From: Rhodothermales bacterium
GTDB lineage: Bacteria; Bacteroidota; Rhodothermia; Rhodothermales; JANQRZ01
Length of the DNA: 64,000 nucleotides
NCBI GenBank assembly: GCA_038232935.1
Contig: JBBSMX010000001.1
Coordinates: 9,585-73,584 of the forward strand
Direction of reading: 5' to 3'
Shown here: in pieces, positions 35,459-45,326 of the stretch
Layout of the letters: each line of letters opens with the position of its first letter
Numbering within the stretch: the stretch's first letter is position 1
Made by a program: the position numbers and the translations under genes
The notes under the pieces: model-generated
What the model saw: only the letters and a program-made list of their open reading frames with translations
Database searches by the model: none
Told to the model about the DNA's origin: nothing

Positions 35459-36928
35459 ATGCAGCCTTACGACCGCGTTCGCTACCTGAGCGTTGCCCTA
35501 CCGCAGACGCATCCGGACCGGATGGCCACACATGCCCGGCTGTTCGGACTGGAGCCTGCGCCGGTCGAGTCGTGCCGCGTGCTGGAGGTCGGGTGCAGCG
35601 ATGGGGCGAACCTGCTGCCGATGGCGGCGGCGTTTCCCGAGAGCACGTTTGTCGGCATCGACATCGCCGAGCAGCCCATTGCGCAGGGGCGTGCGTGGGT
35701 GGAGGCGTGGGGGCTGACAAACCTCGACCTCTACGTGCTCGATCTGATGGACGTGTCTGCTTCCCTCGGATCGTTCGACTACGTCATCGCGCACGGCGTG
35801 TATTCGTGGGTGCCGGACGCCGTGCGCGACCGGTTGCTCGGGCTCCTCGGCGAGCACCTCGCGCCGCAGGGGGTGGCGTTCGTGAGCTACAACGCGCTCC
35901 CCGGCGGCCACCTCCGCCGGATGACGCGGGAGATGATGCAGTACCACATCGCCGGGGTGGCAGAGCCCGGCAAGCAAGTCGAGCAGGCGCGGGCACTCCT
36001 CGTTTTCTTGCTCGACGCACAGCCGGAGGATTCGACCTACCGCACTGTGCTGGATGACGAGCAAGACCGGTGCACTCGCTACACCGCCGAGCACTTCTTC
36101 CACGACCACCTCGCCGACGTCAACCGGCCGTTCTATTTCCACGAGTTCGTCGCGCACGCCGAGCAGCACGGGCTGCAATACCTCGCCGAAGCCGACTTCG
36201 CTGCGATGCAGGACCGCACGTTTCCGCCCGAAACCCGCGCCGTGCTGGACCGGCTCGATGGCGACCCGATTCGGAAGGAGCAGTACATGGATTTCCTCCG
36301 TAACCGCATGCTCCGGCAGACGCTCGTGTGCCGCGCCGACGCGCCGGTGCAGCGCTCGCCGCAGCCGGATCGCGTCCGGTCCCTCACCGTCGCGGCACCC
36401 ATCCGGCCCACCGCGCGCTACGAGGCGGGCACCGTCACGTTCGAAGGGGCGGAGGGGAAGTCCGTCCGCACCGGGCATCCCTTCGCCAAAGCCGTGTGCG
36501 AGTACATCGGATCGGCGTGGCCCTGCGCGGTGGCGTTCGAGGAACTCTGGTCGGCAGTCGGTGACACCGAAGATGAGGCGATAACGCCGGACGTGCTCGC
36601 CGGGATGCTGGTTGACTTTTACGCCGACGGGTTCGTACATCTGCACACCCACGCGCCGACACTCGTCCGCGACGTGTCAGAGCGGCCCGAAGCATCGCCG
36701 CTCGCTCGGCGGCAGGTGGAGGATAGGGTGATCGTGACGGATGGCTGGCACCACTCCGTCGCTCTCGAGCCAACCGAACGCCGCGTCCTCCATCTGCTCG
36801 ACGGCCAGCACGATCGCGCTGCACTCCTCGCTACCCTGAACGCGTCTGACGGCGAGCCGCCGGTGACGGCCGAGGCGTTAGCGGTGACGCTGCGCCGCTT
36901 CGCGCATCAAGCCCTCCTCGTGGCGTAA
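35459..36928 (+). CDS. class I SAM-dependent methyltransferase with C-terminal 'methyltransferase regulatory' domain
   Basis: RVLEVGCSDGANL motif I, DYVIAHGVYSWVP, and a long C-terminal domain as in the PF10119-type family (from memory). Confidence 0.75.
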   Translation: MQPYDRVRYLSVALPQTHPDRMATHARLFGLEPAPVESCRVLEVGCSDGANLLPMAAAFPESTFVGIDIAEQPIAQGRAWVEAWGLTNLDLYVLDLMDVSASLGSFDYVIAHGVYSWVPDAVRDRLLGLLGEHLAPQGVAFVSYNALPGGHLRRMTREMMQYHIAGVAEPGKQVEQARALLVFLLDAQPEDSTYRTVLDDEQDRCTRYTAEHFFHDHLADVNRPFYFHEFVAHAEQHGLQYLAEADFAAMQDRTFPPETRAVLDRLDGDPIRKEQYMDFLRNRMLRQTLVCRADAPVQRSPQPDRVRSLTVAAPIRPTARYEAGTVTFEGAEGKSVRTGHPFAKAVCEYIGSAWPCAVAFEELWSAVGDTEDEAITPDVLAGMLVDFYADGFVHLHTHAPTLVRDVSERPEASPLARRQVEDRVIVTDGWHHSVALEPTERRVLHLLDGQHDRAALLATLNASDGEPPVTAEALAVTLRRFAHQALLVA

Positions 36929-36959
36929 CCCTCGCCGCGCTTCGACTCTCCGCTCCCCG

Positions 36960-38480
36960 ATGCAGACGACCGACACTTACCTCTCCATCGCCAGCCTGTA
37001 CGACGATCTCGACCGGAGCCTCGCGGCGCTGCGCGCTGACGCCGGACGCGTGCGCGCGTCGCGGCAGATCGTCGAGCGGGCGCTGACGAGCGGGGGGACG
37101 TACTACGGCATCAACACCGGGTTCGGCGCGCTCGCCCGGGTGCGGATTCCGAGCGACGATCTCGAAACGCTCCAGCAGAATCTGATCGTCTCGCACGCCG
37201 TCGGCGTCGGGCCACTCATCCCGAAAGCGGTGACGCGGCTGATGCTCCGGCTCAAAGTCCACGCCCTCGGCCTCGGCTTCTCCGGTGTCTCCGAGACGAC
37301 GTTCGACCGGCTGCTGCTGATGGCCGAGCGCGACCTGATCCCGGCGGTCCCGAGCCGGGGCAGTCTCGGCGCATCGGGCGACCTCGCGCCGCTCGCCCAC
37401 CTCAGCCTCCCGCTACTAGGGCGCGGGCAGGTCTGGGACGCCGACGGCGAGCGCACCCGGCCCGCCGCCGACGTCCTCGCCGAGCACGGGCTCGCCCCGA
37501 TCACGCTTCACGCCAAAGACGGCCTCGCCCTCATCAATGGGACGCAGATGATGAGCGCGTACGGGGCATTCATTCTCGAACGCGCGCGCCGCCTCATCTG
37601 TGCCGTGGACGTGCTCGCGGCGATGTCGCTCGAAGCGCTGCAAGGCTCCATCAAGCCGTTCGACGCGCGGATTCAGGCGATCCGTCCGCACCGGGGGCAG
37701 CGGCTCGTCGCCGAGAACGTCTGCGCCCTGCTCGCAGGCAGCGAGATTCTCGAGAGCCACCGCAACTGCGGCAAGGTGCAGGACCCGTACTCGCTCCGCT
37801 GCGTGCCGCAGGTCCACGGCGCGAGCCGCGATGCGCTCGCCCACGCTGCGTCCGTCGTCGAGACCGAGATCAACAGCGTGACGGACAACCCGCTCGTGTT
37901 CGAGGACGGCGAGCCCGCCATCGTCTCCGGCGGCAACTTCCACGGGCAGCCGCTCGCGCTAGCGATGGATTACGCGGCGATCGCCCTCGCCGAGCTGGCG
38001 AGCATCGCCGAGCGGCGGACGTACCTCCTCGTCGAAGGGAACGACGGCCTGCCGATGTTCCTCATGCGCGAGACCGGGCTGAACTCCGGGTTCATGATGC
38101 CGCAGTACACCGCGGCATCGCTGGTCTCCGAGAACAAAGTGCTCTGCCACCCCGCCTCCGTCGACTCGATCCCGAGCAGCCGGGGGCAGGAGGACCACGT
38201 CTCGATGGGGAGCGTCTCGGCGATCAAGCTGTTCGATGTGCTCCGCAACGTCGAATACGTCCTCGCCATCGAGTTGCTCACGGCGGCGCAAGCGCTCGAC
38301 TTCCGGCTCCCGCTCCGGCCGGGGCGCGGCGTCGAGGTCGCCCACCTGTTCCTCCGCGCCCGCGTCCCGCACCGCGACCACGACGAGGACTTTCAGGCCG
38401 ACGTAGCCCGCTGCCTCGACCTCGTGCAGTCCGGCGCGCTCGTCGAGGCCGTCGAGGCCGAAGTCGGTCGGTTGAACTAG
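36960..38480 (+). CDS. hutH: histidine ammonia-lyase
   Basis: GSLGASGDLAPLAHL (MIO-forming Ala-Ser-Gly) and NGTQ, in a full-length HAL pattern. Confidence 0.95.
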   Translation: MQTTDTYLSIASLYDDLDRSLAALRADAGRVRASRQIVERALTSGGTYYGINTGFGALARVRIPSDDLETLQQNLIVSHAVGVGPLIPKAVTRLMLRLKVHALGLGFSGVSETTFDRLLLMAERDLIPAVPSRGSLGASGDLAPLAHLSLPLLGRGQVWDADGERTRPAADVLAEHGLAPITLHAKDGLALINGTQMMSAYGAFILERARRLICAVDVLAAMSLEALQGSIKPFDARIQAIRPHRGQRLVAENVCALLAGSEILESHRNCGKVQDPYSLRCVPQVHGASRDALAHAASVVETEINSVTDNPLVFEDGEPAIVSGGNFHGQPLALAMDYAAIALAELASIAERRTYLLVEGNDGLPMFLMRETGLNSGFMMPQYTAASLVSENKVLCHPASVDSIPSSRGQEDHVSMGSVSAIKLFDVLRNVEYVLAIELLTAAQALDFRLPLRPGRGVEVAHLFLRARVPHRDHDEDFQADVARCLDLVQSGALVEAVEAEVGRLN

Positions 38481-39211
38481 CGGGCGAGCACGCGCTGGAA
38501 GTGGCGGAGGAGCAGGACGACGGCGAGGACGTTGAGGACGAGGCCGACACAGGCATAACCCAGCCATGGCGCACCGGCGGATGCTTGCCACACGACTTTC
38601 ATCGGCCAGAACGAGGGGAGGAGGCCGGCCGCAAGCTGCCACGGCATCGGCAGAAACCACGCGACGATGGGGAGGTCAGTGACGGCACCGTAGAGCTTCA
38701 TCAGCGCGAAACCGGAGACTTTGTTCTCGGCGAACGCGACGAGGAAGAGCGCCTGGATCGGCGCGGCGAATGCGGCGAGCAGCGTGGCCGCGAGGAGCGC
38801 GGAGGCCGGGAGTGTCACGAGCCCGACGAGCCCGTACCCCGCGAGCGTCACCACGAGCCCGGCGACGAGCGGTACGCCGATGCGGTAGGTGAGGAGGCTG
38901 CGGAGCGAGACCGGCGTCACCCGCATCGCGTCGAGCACGCGGTCGTCGCGTTCGTCGAGGAGGAGGAAGCCGACGACGAAGCCGATGAACGTGGGCGCGA
39001 CGAGGAAGTAGCCGCTCACGAGGAGCGGGTAGTAAGGGATCAGGTCGAAGCTGTAGCTGCGGGCGAGCCAGTCGGCGAGAGCGGGAAGGCCCCAGCGGAG
39101 GGCGAGGGCGACGCTGAAGGGCATCCCGAGCGCCCATGCCAGGAGGGGATCGCGGCGGACGTTGCGGAGATCGACGGGGCCGAGGGTACGGAGTAGGCCG
39201 AGGGCGTTCAT
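38477..39211 (-). CDS. ABC-2-type transporter permease
   Basis: Six-TM hydrophobic profile. Lies in an operon with the ATPase at 39919-40773. Confidence 0.7.
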   Translation of the reverse strand: MNALGLLRTLGPVDLRNVRRDPLLAWALGMPFSVALALRWGLPALADWLARSYSFDLIPYYPLLVSGYFLVAPTFIGFVVGFLLLDERDDRVLDAMRVTPVSLRSLLTYRIGVPLVAGLVVTLAGYGLVGLVTLPASALLAATLLAAFAAPIQALFLVAFAENKVSGFALMKLYGAVTDLPIVAWFLPMPWQLAAGLLPSFWPMKVVWQASAGAPWLGYACVGLVLNVLAVVLLLRHFQRVLAR

Positions 39212-39214
39212 AGC

Positions 39215-39922
39215 TCAGGCGGCAGTAGGGACGACATCACGCACGAACCGCCGCCGCGCCCACACAAACGTGAGCCCGATCCACACGGCGCTGCCGACGA
39301 CACCGTAAACGAGGGTGCCCGCGCCGACGTCCGTGCAGCCGGCTTCGAGAAGAACGAGCGGCGGCAGGACCGGATGCACGGCGAACACCCACCGGGGGAC
39401 AAGGCCGTAATACCCGAGCAGCGGCAGGCCGAGGAAGGCGATGTAGAGCATCGACGGCATCAGGAAGCGGTTGATCGTGTCGAAGCGGGCGACAGCGACG
39501 AGGCCGACGAAGGCGTAGACCAGCCCGAGCGCGAACGTGCCGAGTAGGAGCCAGCCCCATCGCAGCTCGAAGCCGTACACGACGGCGACGATGACCGCGT
39601 TCTCGGCCATCGCCAGCACGGCGAGCGAGAGCCCCTTCGCGCCGACGTACTCGCCCGGCCGGAGCGGGGAGACGACGAGGGCGCTGATCGTGCCTTGGCT
39701 CTTCTCCAGCAGCACGAGCGCGGCGATGAAGAAAAACGCCGTGATCTGAAGGTTCGACGCAATGAACGCCGGGACGAGGGCGGCAGGACTCGAACGCAGC
39801 GCCTCGGGCAGCAGGAGGAGCAGGCCGATCCACACCCCCGCGACGATCGCCGTGACCACGTAGAACTGGGCGCGAGCCTGGAGCACCATCTCCCACCGCA
39901 GGGTCGTCAGCAGGCGCGTCAT
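39215..39922 (-). CDS. ABC-2-type transporter permease
   Basis: Multi-TM protein. Its start overlaps the ATPase stop by 4 nt (39919-39922). Confidence 0.7.
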   Translation of the reverse strand: MTRLLTTLRWEMVLQARAQFYVVTAIVAGVWIGLLLLLPEALRSSPAALVPAFIASNLQITAFFFIAALVLLEKSQGTISALVVSPLRPGEYVGAKGLSLAVLAMAENAVIVAVVYGFELRWGWLLLGTFALGLVYAFVGLVAVARFDTINRFLMPSMLYIAFLGLPLLGYYGLVPRWVFAVHPVLPPLVLLEAGCTDVGAGTLVYGVVGSAVWIGLTFVWARRRFVRDVVPTAA

Positions 39923-40773
39923 CCGAGCGCCCTCCCCGTGACCTGCACGAACACGTCTTCGAGCGTCGTCTCCTGCGTGTGGATCGTCTGCACGGCCTCG
40001 TCGCGGAGCGTCGCGAGGAAGTCGGCGTTGTCGGCGATGCCGTCGAGGGGAAAGTCCTGTTGGGCCGGTGCATCCTCGGGGCCGAACTCGACGCGGACGG
40101 CGCGGCAGCCGTAGCGGCGTTTGAGTGTGCGCGGCGCATCGATGAGCCGGATCTCGCCGTCCACGATGAACGCGACGCGGTCGCAGAGCGCATCGGCGAC
40201 GGCCATGTCGTGGGTGGTCAGAAAGACCGTCGTGCCGGCTTCTTGTTTTTCGCGGATCAGTGCGCGGATCTGTCGGGCGGTGACGGGGTCGAGCCCGGCG
40301 GTGGGTTCGTCGAGAAAGAGGAGGGCAGGGCGGTGGAGGAGCGCCCGTGCGAGGTTGAGGCGCAGCTTCATCCCCTTCGAGAACGCGCCCACGCGCTGAT
40401 CGGCGGCCTCCTCCAGCCCGACCGACGCGAGGAGCGGCTCGATGGCCTCCGTCTCCCCGGCGTAAAGCGAACCGAAGTAGGTCAGATTCTCACGCGCGGT
40501 GAGCTTGAGGTAGTGGTTGGGAAGCTCGAAGGAGACACCTACGCGCTCGTAGTAGTCCGCCCCCCACGCGGCGAGGTCGCGGTCGAAGACCGTTACGGCG
40601 CCCGCGTAGCCGCGCAGCAGCCCGATCAGCACCTTCTGCGTCGTGCTCTTGCCCGAGCCGCTCGGGCCGAGGAAGCCAAACACCTCGCCCGCGTCGATGT
40701 GGAACGCGAGGTCGCGAATGGCCGGGGCCTCGGCACCGGGATAGGTATACGTGAGATCGCGGACGTCGAGCAT
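39919..40773 (-). CDS. ABC transporter ATP-binding protein
   Basis: Walker A GPSGSGKST, signature FSKGMKLRL, Walker B LLFLDEPTAGLD. Confidence 0.9.
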   Translation of the reverse strand: MLDVRDLTYTYPGAEAPAIRDLAFHIDAGEVFGFLGPSGSGKSTTQKVLIGLLRGYAGAVTVFDRDLAAWGADYYERVGVSFELPNHYLKLTARENLTYFGSLYAGETEAIEPLLASVGLEEAADQRVGAFSKGMKLRLNLARALLHRPALLFLDEPTAGLDPVTARQIRALIREKQEAGTTVFLTTHDMAVADALCDRVAFIVDGEIRLIDAPRTLKRRYGCRAVRVEFGPEDAPAQQDFPLDGIADNADFLATLRDEAVQTIHTQETTLEDVFVQVTGRALG

Positions 40774-40798
40774 GGCGGGCTGTGGTCGGAAGACGGCG

Positions 40799-41386
40799 TT
40801 ACGCGCCGGTGCTATCGATGCGGGCGAGGACGCTGTCGTACTCCGCGATCAGTCCCCGTTCGAGGTAGAGCATCGAGCCGATCAGGTAGATCAGGTTGCG
40901 GTAGTTCGCTGCGACGCCGGGAACGCCACGCTCCATGATCTCGCTGAAGATCACGGAGCCGGCCTTGTCGCCCGCTTGCTCGTAGCGGTCGAGGAGGGCG
41001 TAGAGCTTCGAGAACGTCAGCACGTCGCCGTAGTCCATGTAGCTGACGGCGTCGGTGGCGCTCGCGGCGTCCCACGCGGTGCGGAGGGTCGTTGGTGTGT
41101 GGATGAAGCCTTCGGAGAACAGATCGGGAGGTGGCGCGGGGCTGCCCGGCGGCATCCGCACGCGGAGCGAGTCGAAGATCCGCTCGTGGTAGTCGCGCGA
41201 TGCGGCGATGGCTTCGCGGTTGCTCCGGACTTCCTCGACGATCGTAGCGCGGGCCGAGGCGGCGTGAGCGCGGGCGTTCGCGTTCGCCCGCCACTCGTTC
41301 GCCACGAGCGCGAGGAATACGCCGAGCACGACGAAGCCCGCTTCGAGCAGGATCGGGGCGATGCGGATGCGGCGGGACTCGGCCAT
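40799..41386 (-). CDS. single-pass membrane protein, intact paralog of the frameshifted gene at 2710-3335
   Basis: From ATG 41386: MAESRRIRIAPILLEAGFVVLGVFLALVANEWR.. Same N-terminal TM-then-Trp/Arg architecture and similar length. The track ORF's N-terminal extension was rejected. Confidence 0.6.
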   Translation of the reverse strand: MAESRRIRIAPILLEAGFVVLGVFLALVANEWRANANARAHAASARATIVEEVRSNREAIAASRDYHERIFDSLRVRMPPGSPAPPPDLFSEGFIHTPTTLRTAWDAASATDAVSYMDYGDVLTFSKLYALLDRYEQAGDKAGSVIFSEIMERGVPGVAANYRNLIYLIGSMLYLERGLIAEYDSVLARIDSTGA

Positions 41387-41447
41387 CGGCTGGGATAGTA
41401 GGGACGTGATGGAGTGCGATATTGGGAAAACATAATCCAGCCGACCT

Positions 41448-42665
41448 ATGCCCGTTCTGATCGATATCGCCAGCCTTGCCGTGTGCCGGATGGACGGCGG
41501 GCAAGCGGCCCTCCACGCCATCCCGGATGCTGCTTTAGCGTGGTCGGGTGGCACGATCCGCTGGGCCGGTCCGGCGGCGGATCTCCCTGCGGAATACGCA
41601 GGTGAGGAGCGGCAGAGCGCGGGCGGGCGACTCGTCGTCCCGGGTCTCGTCGATTGCCACACGCACCTCGCCTTCGGCGGCTGGCGCGCCGACGAGTTCG
41701 AGCAGCGGATTCAGGGCGCGAGCTACCTCGACATCGCCCGGAAGGGCGGCGGCATCGCGAGCACGATGCGCCACACCCGCGCCGCGAGCGAAGAGGCGTT
41801 GGCCGAGCGCGCCACCGGGTTTCTCGACGCGATGCGAGCACTCGGCGTCACGACCGTCGAAGCGAAGTCGGGGTACGGACTGACCGTTGAAGACGAACTC
41901 AAAACGCTCCGCGTCTACCGCCGCCTCGCCGAGACGCAGCCGACGCGCATCGTCCCGACCCTCCTCGGCGCACACATCGTCCCGCCGGAGTTTCGAGAGG
42001 ACCGCGCCGGATACCTCCGCCTGCTCACCGACACGATCATCCCTCAGGCCGCCGATGGGCTCGCCCGGTTCTGCGATGTGTTCGTCGAGGACACGGCCTA
42101 TTCCGCCGACGAAGCGCGGACGATCTTCGCCGCCGCCGCACGGCACGGGCTCCGGGCCAAGCTCCACGCCGATCAGCTCACCGACACCGGTGGCGGCGCG
42201 CTCGCAGCCGAGGTCGGCGCGGCCTCGGCCGATCACCTCGAATGCATCTCCGACGCGGGGATCGCAGCGATGGCCGAGGCGGGCGTCGTCGCCGTGTCGC
42301 TCCCGCTGGCGACGCTATATCTGAACGTCGATCCGCTTCCAGCGCGGAAGCTCATCGAGGCCGGCGTGCCCGTCGCCGTCGCCACGGATTTCAACCCCGG
42401 TAGCGCGCCGAGCTTTCACCTGCCGCTGGCGATGATGCTGGCCTGCACGCTCCAGCGCATGACGCCCGCCGAAGCCCTGAAAGGGGCGACGATTGTCGCG
42501 GCCCGCGCCATCGGAATGGAAGACGAGGTCGGCTCCCTCGAACCCGGCAAGCGCGCCGACTTCGCGGTGATTGATGCGCCGGACGTGAACCACTGGCTCT
42601 ATCACTTCCGCCCGAATGCCTGCGTCCGCACCGTCATCTTCGGCGAAACCGTGTGGTCCGCATAA
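41448..42665 (+). CDS. hutI: imidazolonepropionase
   Basis: VVPGLVDCHTHLAFGG, KLHADQL and ATDFNPGS motifs. Confidence 0.9.
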   Translation: MPVLIDIASLAVCRMDGGQAALHAIPDAALAWSGGTIRWAGPAADLPAEYAGEERQSAGGRLVVPGLVDCHTHLAFGGWRADEFEQRIQGASYLDIARKGGGIASTMRHTRAASEEALAERATGFLDAMRALGVTTVEAKSGYGLTVEDELKTLRVYRRLAETQPTRIVPTLLGAHIVPPEFREDRAGYLRLLTDTIIPQAADGLARFCDVFVEDTAYSADEARTIFAAAARHGLRAKLHADQLTDTGGGALAAEVGAASADHLECISDAGIAAMAEAGVVAVSLPLATLYLNVDPLPARKLIEAGVPVAVATDFNPGSAPSFHLPLAMMLACTLQRMTPAEALKGATIVAARAIGMEDEVGSLEPGKRADFAVIDAPDVNHWLYHFRPNACVRTVIFGETVWSA

Positions 42666-42668
42666 AAA

Positions 42669-42699
42669 GAGGCCGGGCAACGAAGAGTCGCCCGGCCTC
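42669..42699. terminator. bidirectional hairpin between convergent hutI and the bor-like gene
   Basis: GAGGCCGGGC-N11-GCCCGGCCTC, a 10-bp GC stem, preceded by AAAAA on the plus strand. Confidence 0.5.
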
Positions 42700-42720
42700 C
42701 GGTAACAGCGGCGTGCCGCC

Positions 42721-43152
42721 TTACTCGAACTGCACCAGGACGGCCTGCTCGGAAGCCACGGCGAGGTCGGCCGCGTGCATGAATGCCCGCGAGATTTCTT
42801 GGGTGCTGGCCCCATGCGCTACGTCTACCGACTTGGCGGGTGCAGGCAGGGAGGAGGTACCGCCCGTTGCGCACGTGACTTTGATGTGCATCGGCGTGTA
42901 GATCCCGAGCGTGATCGCACTGACGAGCTGGTTGACGAAGCTGAGTTCGGTTTCGACGACCGCGACCCCGTTGGGGCATTCCTGGCCGGCCTCGACCGTT
43001 TTCGGCGGGATGAGGCCGTAGACCCAGCCCGATGCGAAGGCCTGCTCGAACACCTGAGCCGACGGCGTGAGGCCGGTTTCGATACGAGCGTGGTAGCAGC
43101 CGGATGCGACGAGCACGACAGCGAGGAGCGAGAGACCTCGAAAGAATGACAT
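42721..43152 (-). CDS. Bor/Iss-family lipoprotein homolog with C-terminal extension
   Basis: Lipobox LVASGC. ..CPNGVAVVETELSFVNQLVSAITLGIYTPMHIKVTCA matches the Bor core (..VNGLLGFITLGIYTP..) from memory. Confidence 0.75.
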   Translation of the reverse strand: MSFFRGLSLLAVVLVASGCYHARIETGLTPSAQVFEQAFASGWVYGLIPPKTVEAGQECPNGVAVVETELSFVNQLVSAITLGIYTPMHIKVTCATGGTSSLPAPAKSVDVAHGASTQEISRAFMHAADLAVASEQAVLVQFE

Positions 43153-43261
43153 GAGAATGGGGTGTTTAATGGTTTGTTCGGACGTTAGTTTAAAGTAGGA
43201 GAGGCAGAACTAACTCTCAACAGTCTGCCCAAAATCATATTCTTTCCGTATCGTCGAGCCC

Positions 43262-44197
43262 ATGAATGAATCGCTCGTTCCCACATCCATCCCCGTGCCC
43301 GACACGGCCGACGACGATCCCCGTCTCGGCCGGTGGCTCGCTGCGAATCGCTCCGCCGAGGGCGCACGCGTCGTGCTCGTCGGCTTCCCGTCGGACGAGG
43401 GCGTGCGGCGCAACGGTGGGCGGCCCGGAGCCGCCGACGGTCCCGATGCGATCCGCCGCGCGCTGTACAAACTCACCCCCGACGCGGAGCACCCCGACCT
43501 CTTCGCCGATCTGCTCGACCGCACCGCCGACCTCGGCGACGTGCCGGTTACGGGCGACGTGGAGGTCGATCAGCAGCGGCTCGGCGATGTGCTCGCGCCG
43601 CTGCTGGCGGACGGCGTCGTGCCGGTCGTGCTCGGCGGGGGACACGAGACGAGCTTCGGGCACTTCCTCGGCTACGTCGGCGCGGTGCAGGACGTGGAGA
43701 TGCTGAACTGGGACGCCCACGCCGACGTGCGACCGCTGAAGGACGGGCAGGCGCACTCCGGCTCGCCGTTCCGGCAGGCCCTCGAACACACCTCCGGCCG
43801 GTGCCTGCGCTACGTCGTCGCCGGGCTCCAGCCGCACAGCGTCGCCCGCGCCCACCTCGACCTCATTGACGACCACGGCGGCGAAGTGATCTGGCGGCGG
43901 AATCTGAGCGAGGTCCGCATCCGCTCCATCGCCATCGGCCTCGCCGAACCCACCCTCGCCACGTTCGATCTCGACGCCGTGAACGCGGCCGAGGCACCCG
44001 GCGTCAGCGCTCCGAATGTCGGTGGGCTTCCGGCGGACCTCTGGCTCTACGCGGCCTACGAAATGGGCCGCTCGCCGCTCGTGTCTTCGATGGACGTGGT
44101 GGAACTGAACCCGGCGTTCGACCTCGACGGGCGGACGGCGCGGCTGGCGGCGCTCACCGTCTGGCATTTCCTCAAAGGAATGGCGGAACGGGTGTGA
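43262..44197 (+). CDS. hutG: formimidoylglutamase (arginase family)
   Basis: VVLGGGHETSFG, NWDAHADVRP and FDLDAV metal-site motifs, in the hut context. Confidence 0.85.
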   Translation: MNESLVPTSIPVPDTADDDPRLGRWLAANRSAEGARVVLVGFPSDEGVRRNGGRPGAADGPDAIRRALYKLTPDAEHPDLFADLLDRTADLGDVPVTGDVEVDQQRLGDVLAPLLADGVVPVVLGGGHETSFGHFLGYVGAVQDVEMLNWDAHADVRPLKDGQAHSGSPFRQALEHTSGRCLRYVVAGLQPHSVARAHLDLIDDHGGEVIWRRNLSEVRIRSIAIGLAEPTLATFDLDAVNAAEAPGVSAPNVGGLPADLWLYAAYEMGRSPLVSSMDVVELNPAFDLDGRTARLAALTVWHFLKGMAERV

Positions 44198-44263
44198 TCT
44201 CGACCCCCGAACTGTTCGGCTCCGGCGGGGTACGAGGGGAGCCCCCCTTACCTATGCGCTCCG

Positions 44264-44470
44264 ATGAAATACCGTGTACTGATCGAACCCGACGAGGACG
44301 GCGTGTTCGTCGCCACCGTCCCCTCCCTGCCTGGCTGCGTCGCCGACGGCTCGACGCGCGACGAGGCCTTGCGTAACGTGAAAGATGCGATTGCGCTCTA
44401 TATCGAGAGTTTGGAGGAGCATGGCGATCCGATCCCGCCTCCGATCACCGAGGAAATGGTCGAGGTGTAG
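44264..44470 (+). CDS. hicB: HicB-family antitoxin
   Basis: MKYRVLIEPDEDGVFVATVPSLPGCVADGSTRDEALRNVKDAI.. is the classic HicB N-domain. Confidence 0.85.
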   Translation: MKYRVLIEPDEDGVFVATVPSLPGCVADGSTRDEALRNVKDAIALYIESLEEHGDPIPPPITEEMVEV

Positions 44471-44472
44471 GC

Positions 44473-44691
44473 GTGGGTGACCTCCCCGTCGTATCCGGTC
44501 GCAGCGTGGTGAAAGCGCTCAGGAAGCTCGGGTACGCGTTCGACCGCCAGCGCGGGAGTCACATGATCCTGCGCCAGAAGGACCCGCCGCATCGCCGCGC
44601 CGTGGTCCCGGATCACAAGGAGGTAGCGAAGGGGACGCTCCGCTCAATTTCTGGGATTAGATTGGGCGAGTGTATCTTTGGCACTAATTAG
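44473..44691 (+). CDS. hicA: HicA-family mRNA interferase toxin; last ~13 codons encoded by the adjoining AT-rich DNA
   Basis: ..VKALRKLGYAFDRQRGSHMILRQ.. ..HKEVAKGTLRSI is canonical HicA. The tail SGIRLGECIFGTN comes from sequence whose composition switches at ~44647. Confidence 0.8.
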   Translation: MGDLPVVSGRSVVKALRKLGYAFDRQRGSHMILRQKDPPHRRAVVPDHKEVAKGTLRSISGIRLGECIFGTN

Positions 44692-44705
44692 ATTTTAGAT
44701 TCTAC

Positions 44706-45326
44706 ATGAGTACAGATATATTTCTTAGTGAATATCAGAGTGGATTATCTTGGTTCATCGCTAGCAAGAAAATGTATTTGAGTGCCAAAACACTCAGCGA
44801 TACCGCATCTGCTCAACCTTATAGCAGAAGTGATGAACGTACAAAGTATATCGTATTAGGTCACTACGATTCGTCAATGATGTGCTACGGATTCGCAGTG
44901 GAACTAGCTTTGAAAGGTTGTATTATCGAATATCACCCCGAAAGGGTAAGAATCAAGGTTGTTTCGGATGGGAAGGGTAAGGTTTGTGATGCGCGAGTGG
45001 AGCAGCTTGGCGTTGATGTAGGTAAGAAAGGCCATAGTCTCGTAGATCTAGCGAATGCGGTAAAGCTTTTCAGACAAGGTGATAACTCCTTTTTTCCTCA
45101 TAAGAATGTCCATGAAGAAGTGAAAGCAATTCTTGAAGTACTTACAGAATACTCAGTTTGGGCGGGACGGTATCCAATCCCTAAATCGTTAGAAGAAATG
45201 AATCTCGATAGCGCAGGGCATAAACTTCCACTACGTGAGATGGAGAGTTGGATTCATTTTATAATCGAAAGCCTTTTGTCTGATTACGGGCTGAGCCTTC
45301 ATCATGGCTCGGTCATTAGGAGCTAG
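44706..45326 (+). CDS. hypothetical protein in an AT-rich island; weak HEPN-like helices (speculative)
   Basis: 206 codons with strikingly AT-rich codon usage compared with the neighbours. ..YGFAVELALKGCII.. and ..KKGHSLVDLANAV.. resemble HEPN helix motifs, but no Rx4-6H motif is evident. Confidence 0.6.
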   Translation: MSTDIFLSEYQSGLSWFIASKKMYLSAKTLSDTASAQPYSRSDERTKYIVLGHYDSSMMCYGFAVELALKGCIIEYHPERVRIKVVSDGKGKVCDARVEQLGVDVGKKGHSLVDLANAVKLFRQGDNSFFPHKNVHEEVKAILEVLTEYSVWAGRYPIPKSLEEMNLDSAGHKLPLREMESWIHFIIESLLSDYGLSLHHGSVIRS

